Source: Vicugna vicugna (lineage: Eukaryota). From it: 64,000 nucleotides of DNA. Shown one piece after another: positions 1 to 15,035 of this stretch. The translations under genes and the position numbers were made by a program. The stretch spans positions 1,550,001 to 1,614,000 of the forward strand of contig MU063499.1 of assembly GCA_013265495.1 (NCBI GenBank), in the 5' to 3' direction. Within the stretch, counting starts at the first letter, position 1, and the number at the start of each line of letters is the position of its first letter. The notes under the pieces were generated by a model that saw only the letters and a program-made list of their open reading frames with translations, made no database searches and was not told the DNA's origin.

Positions 1-2874
<2,874 letters not shown>

Positions 2875-5800
2875 TCAGGGACTCCCTGGACATCCTGCCA
2901 GACTCCCAGAGATTCCATGGCACCAAAAATTCTCCAGCTCACTGTGTGGGCCCTTTCCCTACCCACAGCAGGTTCCCACAGACAAGGTGAAGCCTGCAGA
3001 GAGTGATCTGAGGGGCGTCTCCATGGGATGTCCTGGACTTCAGCTCAGCCACACCTCCTGCCCACAGGATGGCAGGGGGATCCCCAGGATGCACTGGGAC
3101 TTAGGCTCTGGAACCAAGTCCACTGTCACTCTCTATCCACTACAAACCAGTGTCAGCCCAGTGCCGAGAGGAAGGCCCTCTCCAGCCAAGGGTGAACTGT
3201 CAGAAGTGAGAGTGCCTTGCTGACGCACCTTTGCCCCCAGCTTGTTCAGGGTCCAGCAGAAGGTGCCCATAGCTGACCTCTGCCCACCTAAGCCCAGCAC
3301 CACTGTCCCTGTCCTGGCTTCCTGAGTTTCCTTCCAGCAGGGCTTGCCAAGCCTTCTGTTCACACAAGCCTGGCCTGTCCTTTGGTGCTGGTTCCTGCAG
3401 TCTCTTCCGTCAACTACTCTGCCCATGAGCACAGCTGTATCTGTTCACACCTTGTTACCTGGCACACCTGGCACCAGGTTGTGCTGATGTGCAGAGATAT
3501 GGCAGAGTTAGCCCTATCGTCTCTCAGTTCACAGAGGGAAACAGACTCATAACTGGACAGAACAACCAGGGTAGGAATAATTGAGGTGCTTCTGGGAAGC
3601 TCAGTGTTGTGGGAACTTGGGACATCAGGGAAGACTTCCTGGAGGAGGCATCAGAATCAGACTACTTTCTGGGCCTAAATCCTGGATGCCCAGAGATTCT
3701 TATTTTGTATCTCCATGGATCCTGTCCCTCTACTAAATCTTGGGGCTCTTGAGTCTGGCCCTTTAGGGCCTACCACAGAGCTGAGTGCAGTGATGTCCTG
3801 TTAATCATAATGATGACTGTCACCCTGAATGGGTCACCTACTGCATCTAAGCCCTCCCCTGGGCCAGAGACACATCATGTGTACCTGTCCCCGTTCACAA
3901 TGTGCCTGACACATCCTCCTTAGATGAGGATACCCAGGCATGCAGGTGGTGAGTAGCCTGCCTAAGTTCATGGAGTGACTCTAGGTTGGGCGTGGGCCCT
4001 CACCACCGAATTTGCCTTGCCTAGCCCATGACTAAGGTCTGAAGGCATTCTCCACAGGGCCCACCAGGCCTGGGAGAGAGAGAGTGGCTCTTGGTGGGGG
4101 ATGGGCTCTGGTCCCCAACACCCTGCCCCCCTCGACCCCGTGGGTGGAGCAGTAGGGTCCTGTCTTCTGGCCTCCAGCCCTACTCAGAAGGCCCTGGCCC
4201 CTTAGTAGTCAACAGAAGTGCTCCCCTCCATCAGCCCAGGCCTAAAGGCTTGTGGGCCCCAGAAGGGAGGTTCTGATAAAGCCTGGAAGCTGCCCCTCAG
4301 GGGAAGTGGGAAACCAGCTTTTCCTCCCTTCCAGCATGAAACAGTGTGGTGGTGGGGGGGACCTGGGGATTCCCAGGAGAGCTGCAGTCTCCACTTTCTG
4401 GGCAGGATGCCACCCCTGGCAGTTAGAGGGGCCATCCAGAGCCAGCCCCACTCCCACTGGGCCTGGCACCCTCTCCTCCTCAGGCTAAGAGCACTGAATC
4501 CTGGGGAGGATATGAGGCTGAGGGACCTGGGGGCAGGGTGGGAAAGTCCGTCTCAGAGTCAAACCCCCTCGTTTCACAACGTTGAGTCCCCCCTGGCCTC
4601 CACTTCCCTCTCCTCTTACCCTATCTGTCTTTCTTGTAGGTTCTGTCCTCTGCCCACCTGTTACTGCAGTGCCTGCTTAGGTGGGCTTTAGGGCCACAGG
4701 CCTTTCTACTCCCAGACACCTCCCAGGTCTTGCCTCCAATCCTGGCCCCTCCTGAGTTCCTGGACACCTGGGGTTATCCCCAGGCACACTGGAGCTCATG
4801 ACACCCTTCTTGAAATGAGACCATCCACCTTGTTACATCCCCCTACATTCCACCACTGATGTTACTCAGATCACCCACTGGTCATCCCAGCCCAGACCGT
4901 CCTCCCTCAGCCTCCTGTATCCTCTCTGGCCCCTCATCATCTTTCTCCACACAGCACCTGGCACCTTCAACATGTGGATCTGAGCACACGGCTACCCACT
5001 CCTCCCCAAACCCCTAAACCCTTTGGCAGCTCATTATGGCTCTGCATTTAAAAGGCAAAGCTTTCTTAAGGTCCCAGGGGCTCCTATGCACCCAACTCCT
5101 GTCCCTCCCTTTCCAGCCTGGGGCCTCCTCTCAGCCTCAACCACAAACACCCCTACCCCAACCCCAACAGCTGGGATGGATGAGGCCCCTGAATCACAAG
5201 CCTGCAGTGCCCCTCCTCAGAGGATGTTACTGTGGGACACATGGTTAACAAGTCATGCCAGTCCTGTTAACTGAGCACTGACCATGCACGAGGCACCTGG
5301 CCTGGATGAGAGAGTGTGAGCCCAGAGGGCAGCCCCCAGGGCTGCACCTCGAGGATGAGCCTTGGGCAGTAACTGCCCACCCCCGGTGGCCCACCAGCTT
5401 CCCAAGGACTCCAGACCTTTCTCAGAGTGGGCCTGGAGCCCACATGGGGCTCTGCCAAGGCCACTGCTCTTTGTTGGGGTTGAGGCTGGGGCACATGTGG
5501 GAACAACCAGAGCAGGCCCCTGGCCACAGAAAACCACAGGGTTGATTGGATTGCAAACACTAAACGGACACTAGTTGAAGTCTCCAAACTGGGCCATGGC
5601 CTTGAGAAGCAGTCCTCTCCAGACCCTACCTTCCCCACTGGCCGGGTGATGCCAGCTCCTTCACCCTCTCAGGGCTTAGTTCTGACCCTGGGATTCACAG
5701 GCCTCAGGAACATGGGGGCTGATGGCCCCTCAGGCTCCCTGGCCTAGCGGCCAAGGTGAGGGACAGAGGGCCCCACCCCCCAGCCTCCTTGAACTCATGG

Positions 5801-7623
5801 AGTCCCACGGGCCCAAAGGCCCGGGTCAGCCCGCTGACTCGTGAATAACGGAGTTGCAATAGCCGCAGCGAAAGGATTACTTTTAATCCTCAGTAACGAT
5901 CAAGCCATTATTATTTTTTCAGTGTTACAGATCAATCAGTCCATCCCTGGGCACTGGACGTGTGGAAACTGCTAAACACACGGGGCTGGTGGTGCAGGAG
6001 GAAGGCTGAGGCAGCTGAGTGGGAGGTGGACGGGGCAGGCTGTGGTTGCACTCAGCCCCTCGGGACTGAGGGTGAGAGGGGCAAGGACTGGGAATACATA
6101 CGAGGGGCCCTCCTGCTACCAGGCCCCACACATTCTGCCCCTTCCTGGTGCACTCTCGCCCAGACTCCTCTAGCCTGTTTCACTCCCTCATTCTTGAGGT
6201 GTTAGCTTTGCCCCCGTTCTTCTGACCACTCCCTGACCCCTGCCAAGCTCCTACTTGTCCTCATCAAGGAACTCAGAGAACCCTATGCTTTGTTTGTTTT
6301 TCCCTGGAGCTCTGAGCTTAGTGGGGGCTATATCTGGCAGCTGTCAAGTTTATAGTAACCTGGCCCCTGACACATAGTAGTACACAATGAACAGCTACAA
6401 AATCAAGGTCAGAGTGTCTCTGAACCTGGGTAAAGGCTTAAGTCTGGCTCTGCTCAGCTAGCTGTGTGACCTGAGGTGTGTGGTCTAACCTCTCTGAGCC
6501 TCTTCATTACATCCTGGAGGGTGAGGGCTGCCTATGAAGGTGATGCTGCTACGAAGTTGCTGATGATGGCTTGTCTGGCCTGCGATGTCTCCATCATGGC
6601 CAAGGGAACAGTGGTGGGACTGCTGAGCAGGGCTGTTCATGGCCAAGTCAATCACGATAACAGTGGGCATTTCAGAGGCAATTATCAGAGAGTTTCACTT
6701 AACAATCAATTTCCCTCAGTTTCAGAAACTGTTCTTACAGGAAAAAGCAAGAAAGAGGAGGACTGGGCTGTGGACAAAGCTCCCCTGGGGAGCAGTCCCC
6801 TTCACAGGCACCTTCGAATTTCACTAAGTTCAAAGCCTCTCAATTGCCATGGAGCTGAGACAGAGCATGACCTGAGATAGGGGACCTCGGGCCATGGTGG
6901 GTCCCCCTCAGAGGCCAACATCTGGAGGATAAGGCCCCAGTGCATGCCGAGAGGGGTGAGGTGAGGGGCTGGAGTTCTCAGGCTTCTCCATCCTCTCTGA
7001 GGGCCCGCTCCTGCCCTCACACCTCTCACCTGGAGCCCCACCCCACAGTAAGGGGTCTAGCCCAAAAGGATCTGGGGAGCAACTGCCCATCAAACAGGAT
7101 TTGTTTTGTGCAGCCCAGAGGGAAAGACCGTACAAGTATTTTAGTCTTAATTAGGTATAGCTACTCTCTCTTCCAAGAGAATATGAGAAGCTTAGGATAA
7201 AAGGCCCTGAACCCGCAGGGCACAGGAAATTGAGATCTGTGCCACTGGAGGCTGAGTCTGGCAGAAGCTGTGATGGAGGCTCTGAGGTGGAGGCTGGGGG
7301 CAGCAGCCCCAAGGATATGCCCTGAGAACACTGCAGAGGGTTGCAAGGAAGGCAATGATGACAGGATGATACCAGACACTGCCCCTGGAACTACTCTGGG
7401 CCAGGGCTTCACTGACTGGCACAGTTAATCCAACGACAGATGGGAGACTATACCTCTTCCTCACCCTCGCCATCCCACCCTTAGCAAGACCCCTGAGAGG
7501 TGAATTCTTTTGTTCCTCCTCCTGTAAGGGGACTGAAAATTAGAACCACTGCCCTGGGGCCCCAGGTGAGGAAGTGGTGGAAACCCAGGTCTGCCATCTC
7601 TGTTGGATGGTGACCATCCCAGG

Positions 7624-8052
7624 TGTAAACAAGCAGAACCCTATGGGGCCTTCTGGGGACAGACCCCTCCCCTATATCCTCTGCTGTAACTCCTCTCTGA
7701 AGTACCTAGATTACAGTATTTGATGCACATTTTCTGAGTTGTTTTACAGATGCTAAAACCCCCACCAAATGGAAGATGTTAACTAGATAACCATTAGCTG
7801 GTAGTCCTCACTGTCAACTGGAGAACCGTGCACGAGCTGATCACATACCCTGCTACACCCCTCCCTCAGCCGGCCTTCAAAAATACTTTGTTGAAACCCA
7901 TCGGGGAGTTTGGGCTTTTTGAGCACTAGCTGTCCCCAATTCCTTACTTAGTGCCCTGAAATAAACGCAGCACTTTTCTTTACCACAAGCCAGTGTCAGT
8001 AGATTGGCCTTTCTGCACGTGGGAAAGTGGACCCAAGTTTGGTTCGGTAATG
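7624..8052 (+). mobile_element. ERV1-class solo LTR (cetartiodactyl type), antisense to the host gene
   Basis: Starts TGTAAAC; AATAAA at 7960-7965; ends ...ggacccaagtttggttcggtaa(tg), where the recalled end is ...cggtaaca. Flanked by a 4-bp direct repeat CAGG (7620-7623 and 8053-8056), typical of gamma-like integrations. Exact family not assigned. Confidence 0.8.
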
Positions 8053-8334
8053 CAGGGAAGAACCAGGTCTGGCCAGGTGGGGCCTGGCTGGTTGGACTCA
8101 GATGCTCCCCACCTGCTTCCCAGAGTGGTTCCTTTGCTTTTACCCCAGGAGAGAGGATCAGTAACTGGACTCTCAGATACTGTTCTGAACTCACCCCTCA
8201 ATCTTGGTGGCACTGGGCCCAGGCCGTGGGAGGGAGTAAGCACCTGGGTACCCAGGAGCCCCTGCCCAGCACAGCACTGCTGCCATTGCTCACTGCTTCC
8301 CTCCCCACCTGCAGGCCCTGTATTAGCTCTGTAT

Positions 8335-8474
8335 NNNNNNNNNNNNNNNNNNNNNNNNNNNNNNNNNNNNNNNNNNNNNNNNNNNNNNNNNNNNNNNNNN
8401 NNNNNNNNNNNNNNNNNNNNNNNNNNNNNNNNNNNNNNNNNNNNNNNNNNNNNNNNNNNNNNNNNNNNNNNNNN
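8335..8474. other. N run, 140 nt (others: 13824-14003, 38780-38986, 46483-46710, 60341-60585, 62426-62581, 63093-63224)
   Basis: Unresolved bases; content cannot be assessed. Confidence 0.99.
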
Positions 8475-10744
8475 AGCTTAGCAAGGAGGGCGCTGGGCTG
8501 ACAATGGGGTAGATGTGCAGACAGGTGGGGAGTCCTGGCCCTGTGGGTCCTTTCTTCCTGCCACCTCAGCGTGAGTGGACATTTGTCTGTCTATCTACCA
8601 CCTTCTTCAAGCAGGTACATCCACACTCAGGGACCAGGAGAATCTCAACTTGGCCCTGTTCTTGCACAGCTTGTGGTCTGCAGGAGGTGCAGGTGGGCAG
8701 ACAGTGCCTGCTATGTGAGTGATGGGTGTCTCGATGACTCTGACTGTTCAGAGCTTTATGGGCACAACCTCACTCACCATAACCTTCTGCAGATGGGTCC
8801 TGTCCTGATCCCCATTTTGCTGGGTTCTGAGCAGGGAAGACAAGTGCACCAGCATAGGCAGAGTGGGCTCATGGGACCCATGACTTAGGCATGGCAGGTG
8901 ATGCAGAGGCCTGTGGGTTTGCCCTCCTGTCAAATGTGCTGCTGACACCGGTGCCTCCTGGACGGGACTGGCACTCAGCCCTTCCCTCCTGCCTCCCTTC
9001 TTTCACTCCTTCCTGCATCCATCCACACCCGGCTCCTGTCCCACAACACATCTGACCCATGTTTTCTGTATTAACTGTGCCTCAGCTTAAAGATAAAACA
9101 ACCATTGGAACAATGAGAAACAAACAAACAAACACATAACACCCAGACCAAAATTCCAGCAACCAAAACTGCAGGGAAAAAACCAACACTCCGAGCTGCA
9201 AAGGGCGCCTGGTGGAGAGGGAGCAGCCACATGAGCCTGCACTGTTTGTTGGCAGTGACAGGCTCCCTGACCTTTTCTCTCACCAGCCACAAGCATCCTC
9301 CACGAGTTGATAAAAAAAAAAATTAGTAAAATGGATTTTTTCCTTAAAAAACAAAAAGGTCAGAATATATGTAACGGGGAAAAACTCATTCCAGTTGCTG
9401 TTCCCCTCTAGAAGGGGGCGCCTGTCTCTCCACCCTCAGGCCTGGGCTTGCTCACTCCCTGTGGGCATCTTGGCCTTGATTATTGATTCCTGTGGCCTCT
9501 TGGCCCTGCCTTCAAGGGGCAGCCTGTGTTTTAATTTCCCAGGAAAAATTTGAAGAAGTGAGGGGTGGCTTGTGATGAAGACGGAGATGGGGTTGGGGAA
9601 ACTGGTGTCCAGAAGCTTGAATTTCAGACCAGATAAGATTTCCCAGATCATTCTGAGCACCCAAGGATGGTCGCTAGCTTGTATTTTGCCATGAGAGGAC
9701 ACTTAAAACCTCCACTCTGTCCTATTACTAGTATGTAACCCCAAAGCAGACATTTTCACATCGGGAATAGGAAGGCCATGAGCTGAGACATTCCTTCTCA
9801 GGAAGGAAAGGAGGTGAAGTGGCACTCAGGTGGCAACATAAATTTCACTGGCTTCCGTGTTTTAGCTTTCAGCGAGAACCATGGTCAATACAAAGAACAG
9901 GGCGGGGGGGTGGGGAAAGGGTCTCTGGTGGCTGGGAAGAACATTTGCAGGGGCCAGCTTGAATTGACAGAGCAGTTGTCCTGAACTGCAGATGAAGTCC
10001 ACACTCAGAGATTTCAACTCTGGCTGCTTCAGGAGGGGATGAGTGTGGCCCTGCACAACCTCGTGCTGAGGGCAGCAGGACAGGCCCAGCTCTTGGGGAC
10101 CTGCCCTGCCAGGTCTCTGCTGCTACTCCTAGGTCCCCTGTCAGGCACCTGTGAGAGGTTCCCTAATGAGAACAAAGCCAGTAAGTCTAACACACTGAGT
10201 CAGGTCCAAATTGGGCTGTGGCCCCTGAACCCAGCCATATGCAAGCACCTTGGCTCTGAGGAGCCTGAGTGGAGGGCTGGGCCACGTGGACTCTGAGGCT
10301 GCTGGGGCTCCTTCCAAGGCACTGCCCTGCCCAGCATGGTCCCTCAGGGGCTCACATGGGTAAGAACCTGCCAACTTAGCTGGCACCCTCTCAGCTCCCA
10401 GCGTGAAACCTGCACATCTCCACAGGTGAACCAGCCCCTCGTGAGCCATGTAGAATTTCTCATAAATTTGTCAGTTTTGTTGGTTTTCCTCTCTCTGGAT
10501 GATGACTCAGTGTAATTCATCAATGTTTCTTTCATCCTTTAAAAACTTGCAGATAGCATCATGTGAGGGTATCAGGCCCAGGGCTGTTGGCCACTCTCTG
10601 ATTAGAGGAGCAGGGAAACACATCATTTATCTAAGTGTACCGTGGAACACCTCCTTTCCCCTCATCAGGCCATGTTCTAGAGACACACGTGTGGGTGTCT
10701 GTGTGCTTGTGCGTGACAATGCCCCTGCCATGTAGGAGGCCCGA

Positions 10745-10895
10745 GCTCCTAAGGCTTAGTGACTGGCTCAGCACGTACTTTGGGAAGCACTGATTTTAGC
10801 TCCCTGGACCTCGGTTTCTCACCTGTATAATGGGGACTAGAATCCCAGTCGGGTCCTCCCAGGGTTGTGGGGATGTGAACAAGGTATGGACAGAG
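10745..10895 (-). mobile_element. MIR
   Basis: ctggacctcggtttctcacctgtataatggggactag...cagggttgtggggatg. Confidence 0.65.
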
Positions 10896-11339
10896 AGCAG
10901 GACGTGGACTCACTCTGGAAACTGGAGACTCAGCCCCAGGTCCTGGGTTGCCCCTTCCCTCAGCTTCATCCCAGGGGCCTCCTGACTGTTTCCCTCAAAC
11001 TCAGTTTCTCTCTTGGGCCTTCTCACCATGGCATGATCTCTCCCCCTCTGAAGATCATGCCAATGGACTGTCCTCCTCAGCATCACCCTTGTCCACTGTC
11101 CCCCAGCACTCTGGCCTGGCCTTCAGCCCAGCCCAGCCCTAGGCAGGGACTGAGAGCTCATTGGGGTATCCTACTCAACCAACCCCATCCAAGCTGGGCT
11201 GTCACTTCCCCAAGGTCACCCTTTAGAAGCTGCTCCCCTCCAAAGCCCCGTATTCCTGTGACCTCCCTCTTCTCCCTTCCAGACCAGACCTCCCCAGAAC
11301 ACTCCCTCCCCTGCCCCAACTTCAGACACCCACCCAAGC

Positions 11340-11800
11340 TGCTTGGCACGGGCTCATCTGTCCCAGGCCCTCACACCTTCAGGTTTCACACACAGGCCCC
11401 TGTGCTTCCCATCTAGTGATCCAGTGCTTCCTAGATGCCCTGACCACTCCTCTCTTTTCTGTCGCCATCCTTTACAGGGCCCTGTGTGGCCTGGCACTGC
11501 CAATCTCATGTCTCCCACCATGCTGACCTTGAACTCTGCCCTTCTGCCATGCTTAGGTTCCCTACCCTTGTTTTTCCTGTGCCCTGAGCCTGTACCGACC
11601 TTCCTGCCTCCTCCCCTGGCAGCTTCGCCTCACCCTTTAGGAGTCAGTGCCCATCTACCTCCTCCAGGAAGCCTAGTGCCCTTGTCAGGTGGGTTTCCAA
11701 AATTCCCTATGGTGTCTCTGTTCTGTCTATCTCCCTCCCAGATGTGGTCTCTTGAAGGAAGGGACTTGATTCATGGGTCTATGTGGCCCCAGAGCTAGGC
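11340..11800 (+). mobile_element. L2 3' region, degenerate
   Basis: cctttacagggccctgtgtggcctggc...ctgaccttgaactctgcc...gatgtggtctcttgaaggaagggacttg...cccagagctaggcacag. Confidence 0.55.
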
Positions 11801-12404
11801 ACAGGCTTCCACCATGGTCAGTTGGGTGGGGGCTGGATCAGGAGGTGTCCTTAGGAACCTACTGGCTTGGAGGCCCTGGGTTTCCCTGGGACAGAGACAG
11901 CAGAGACCAGGCCAGAAGCAGCACTGACAGAACACAGGGATCCAAGATGATGCAGAGGTAAAGGTGAGGGCAGGGAGAGGCTGAATCTAAGTATGGGCCA
12001 CACTGGACACCCCATGTAGGGGGGCCAAGAGGTTGCCTGAGGGGTGTGAGCTGCTCATGTCTTCTCTCTGGGACCCCAGCCCCACTCTGGACCTCATGAA
12101 GATGTCATCCACCAGCCCCACCCAGTTGCTGCTGTCAGTGATGAGATGGTTTGGAAGCAAAAGTCATGGGGATCCTGCTAGAGTAAGAGGCTGCCAAGGA
12201 AGGTGGACGTGCACCCCTCATCTGGCCAGGTCAGCCAGGAGTTGGATCCCTGGGGAATTCAGCACCCCTTGCCTGGGCCTCAGACCAGTGCCTTCTCCTG
12301 ATGTGCTCCAATACCCTCCTCCAGGAAGCCTTCTCAGATGCCTCTACACCCCGCCACAGCTCAGGGACAGAAGGCTAGAGATTCCAGTGAGAAGGTGTTG
12401 AAGT

Positions 12405-12500
12405 GACGTTCCCTCTTTACTGTCAACAAATGATTATTAAGCACCTACTGTGTGCCTGGCCTTTGCTAGGCATAAGTAGGCCCATAAGTAGTACAGACCA
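12405..12500 (-). mobile_element. L2 3' end
   Basis: tcaacaaatgattattaagcacctactgtgtgcctggc. Confidence 0.7.
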
Positions 12501-13184
12501 GGCCGTGCTTACATGTGGTATACCATCAGTAAGTTCTTCCACTGCAATTCAGACCCACTGTCCTGAGCATAGAACATGACAGAGGCCTCTGTAGGAAAAG
12601 CTGCCTGGGGTAGCAACTTCACTGGCAGAATTTAGGGGTGCTAGGAGGCCTCTCTGCTATGAAATGTATTTCCACCCTAAAGCTGAGCCTGAGTGTCGTT
12701 CCCCACCCCCACGCTCCAGCTAGCACAGCAGAGCCTGAGCCCCAACCTGTGAGCAAAGTGAACCCAAGCCCTTGCCCAGCCGCCATGCTCCCTTTCCTTG
12801 ATGTTATTTTTATACTTTTTCCTAAAACACAGCCTGAGCGGGCCCTTCTCGACTCTATTAACATTAGGAATCTAATCAGTAATCAGGCAGCTCATAATTT
12901 TCTGATTAGCTCTGATTAGGCCCAACCTCAGGGGGAGAGGCAGTGGGACAGTGAGGAGGGAGGCGGGCCCAGAGGGGCACAGGGATGTGCCTGAGGGGGC
13001 ACTGGCTGGGTTGGATGTGGAGGGCCAAGGGAAAGAGCCCCTGGTCCAACTGTCATCTGTCTGGGGAAGGGCATGGGGATGCACTGAGTCAGAGAAGTTG
13101 CAGGAGCCAGAGAGCAAGGACAGCAGGGAAGGGGCCCCTGACTCACCTTGCAGCAGGGACCCCAGGGCAGGTGGGGCCCATACT

Positions 13185-13205
13185 TTCAGCACCTTGGACA
13201 GAGTG
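13185..13205 (+). promoter_or_regulatory. Canonical RE1/NRSE (REST binding site)
   Basis: TTCAGCACC-TT-GGACAG-AGTG vs consensus TTCAGCACC-nn-GGACAG-CGCC: both core half-sites perfect, canonical 2-bp spacer. Confidence 0.8.
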
Positions 13206-14109
13206 GGAGAACTGGGCAGGTGGACTACAGGATTGGGTTTGGGAATCCACCTGGGTCTCGCCCTGCCTAGGTTCCCTGGGTCTCACTCTAGGAATAATCA
13301 CAGGCATAACCTTAAGTGGTGGTGACAGTGACAGAATGGGCCTGCTCAGAGAGTTGCAACATGTGACCTTGATGTGGAGAACTGGCTGAGCACACCATAG
13401 GCAGGGCCTGGCTTGATGATCATCACCTTCAATGTGGAGACAATGAAGCTGGGGGCCCTACTGCACAGTGGGGGAGGGACTGCCTAGGCAATGGTGCCAG
13501 TTAGGGGCAGAGCCTGCACCTGTACTGAGGCAACCCAGGGAAGGGCCAGGCCTCGCTTTTGCCTAAGGCCTGTTTGTCATCTTCGCAATACATGCCCAGA
13601 TAGAACCATGGTGTGGGCCAAATCAGACCCATGGTCAGCCTTGGCTGACCATGAAGTTAGCCCAACCACTGGACTTTTACACAGGCCCAGACTCCTTGGT
13701 GCCATACTCTGGAGCCCTGGTCAGGTCAGGGTCAGAGTGGCCTTGTCCCTGTCCCTGCTCTGGATCACAGGTCACCACCCTTTGTTGAATGCAATCATCC
13801 AAGTGACCTCAGATGAAATGTATNNNNNNNNNNNNNNNNNNNNNNNNNNNNNNNNNNNNNNNNNNNNNNNNNNNNNNNNNNNNNNNNNNNNNNNNNNNNN
13901 NNNNNNNNNNNNNNNNNNNNNNNNNNNNNNNNNNNNNNNNNNNNNNNNNNNNNNNNNNNNNNNNNNNNNNNNNNNNNNNNNNNNNNNNNNNNNNNNNNNN
14001 NNNAGCCCCACTGCATCCTGCCTCCTGCTAGGGCACAGCCCACATGTGGTACGGGGCTGCCTGGTAGACTGTCCCATGAGGTACACACCACAGGAAGCCT
14101 TGTCAACCC

Positions 14110-14590
14110 TATCAACGCCATCACCACCAGTACCATTACCTCCATCACCACCAGCAAACTCCACTTAACCACTCTCAACATTCCCGTGACTACCACCAAC
14201 ATTCCCTATCACCACTGCCAATATCATTCCATCTCACCACGACTGCTACCTCTGTCACTATGGCTACCATAATCCCCATCACCCCAGCACCACTCCCATC
14301 ATCACTGCCAAAGTTATGCCCATAACTATTAGCACTGTTATCCCCAGTGGTACTCCTATCACCATCTCCACCATCACCAGCAGCTCCACCATCGCTACCT
14401 TCACCCTCATCATCACAAGCACCAACACTATTATATAACCATCCACCATCAATGCCACTATCAACATCACCTCCACCACCACTACGTCACTACTATGGCC
14501 ATCATGCCACTCTGGCAGCTCCGCTAGCATATCACTTCTCCTTGTGATCACCACCACCATCACTGCCCACGCCACGACCTGCCCCATCGC
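14110..14590. repeat. Degenerate (CAC/CAT)n trinucleotide low-complexity tract, about 480 bp
   Basis: Recurrent accatcacca / catcaccacc units; gives T/I-rich plus-strand and V/M-rich minus-strand spurious ORFs. Confidence 0.9.
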
Positions 14591-14894
14591 CTCTGTATCC
14601 CTGAGGAAAGTCTGATGAATGGGCAGAGACTACTCACTCTTTACCTTTCTCTGTCCATCACCCTCCTGTACCATCTGAAGGCTAGGGAACCTGTAAACAA
14701 ATGATTCAGTGATCAGAGACCTCATAAATCAACCAATCAAATCTGGCTTGGACACTGGTGCTTATAACTGGGTGTCTCAGGAAGGAAGCCCTCATGGCCC
14801 AGGGGCTGGGTGGGGTGCTCACCCACTCCAGAAGGTGGGACTTAGTTTACTTCCCTGATCAGTGGCCACAGTGCCCCATGGGGAAGAGCCAGAA

Positions 14895-15035
14895 GCCCCA
14901 TGTGTGACATGGATGACTGATGCTCACCCCTCTCTGAACCTTGATTACCTTGTCTCTAAAATGGGGTTTATAATGGTCCTGACCTCACGAGGCTGTGTGA
15001 GGATGAAGGCAGACAATAAGAGGAGAATGTTGAGC
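14895..15035 (-). mobile_element. MIR
   Basis: ccctctctgaaccttgattaccttgtctctaaaatgggg...acctcacgaggctgtgtgaggatgaa. Confidence 0.7.

Noticed and set aside
9396-9421. CTCF-like ctagaAGGGGGCGC with upstream TGCTGTTCC
   Set aside because: Two mismatches at informative core positions and wrong spacing for the upstream motif; not called as a feature.
13141-13224. Perfect minus-strand donor AAG|GTGAGT (13147/13146) with possible 65- or 78-nt poison exon
   Set aside because: About one such match is expected per strand in this length (another, GAG|GTGAGT, is near 18220); the acceptors are weak and there is no transcript evidence.
14279-14587. V/M-rich membrane-looking or mucin-like ORFs
   Set aside because: Artefact of the degenerate CAC/CAT triplet tract.
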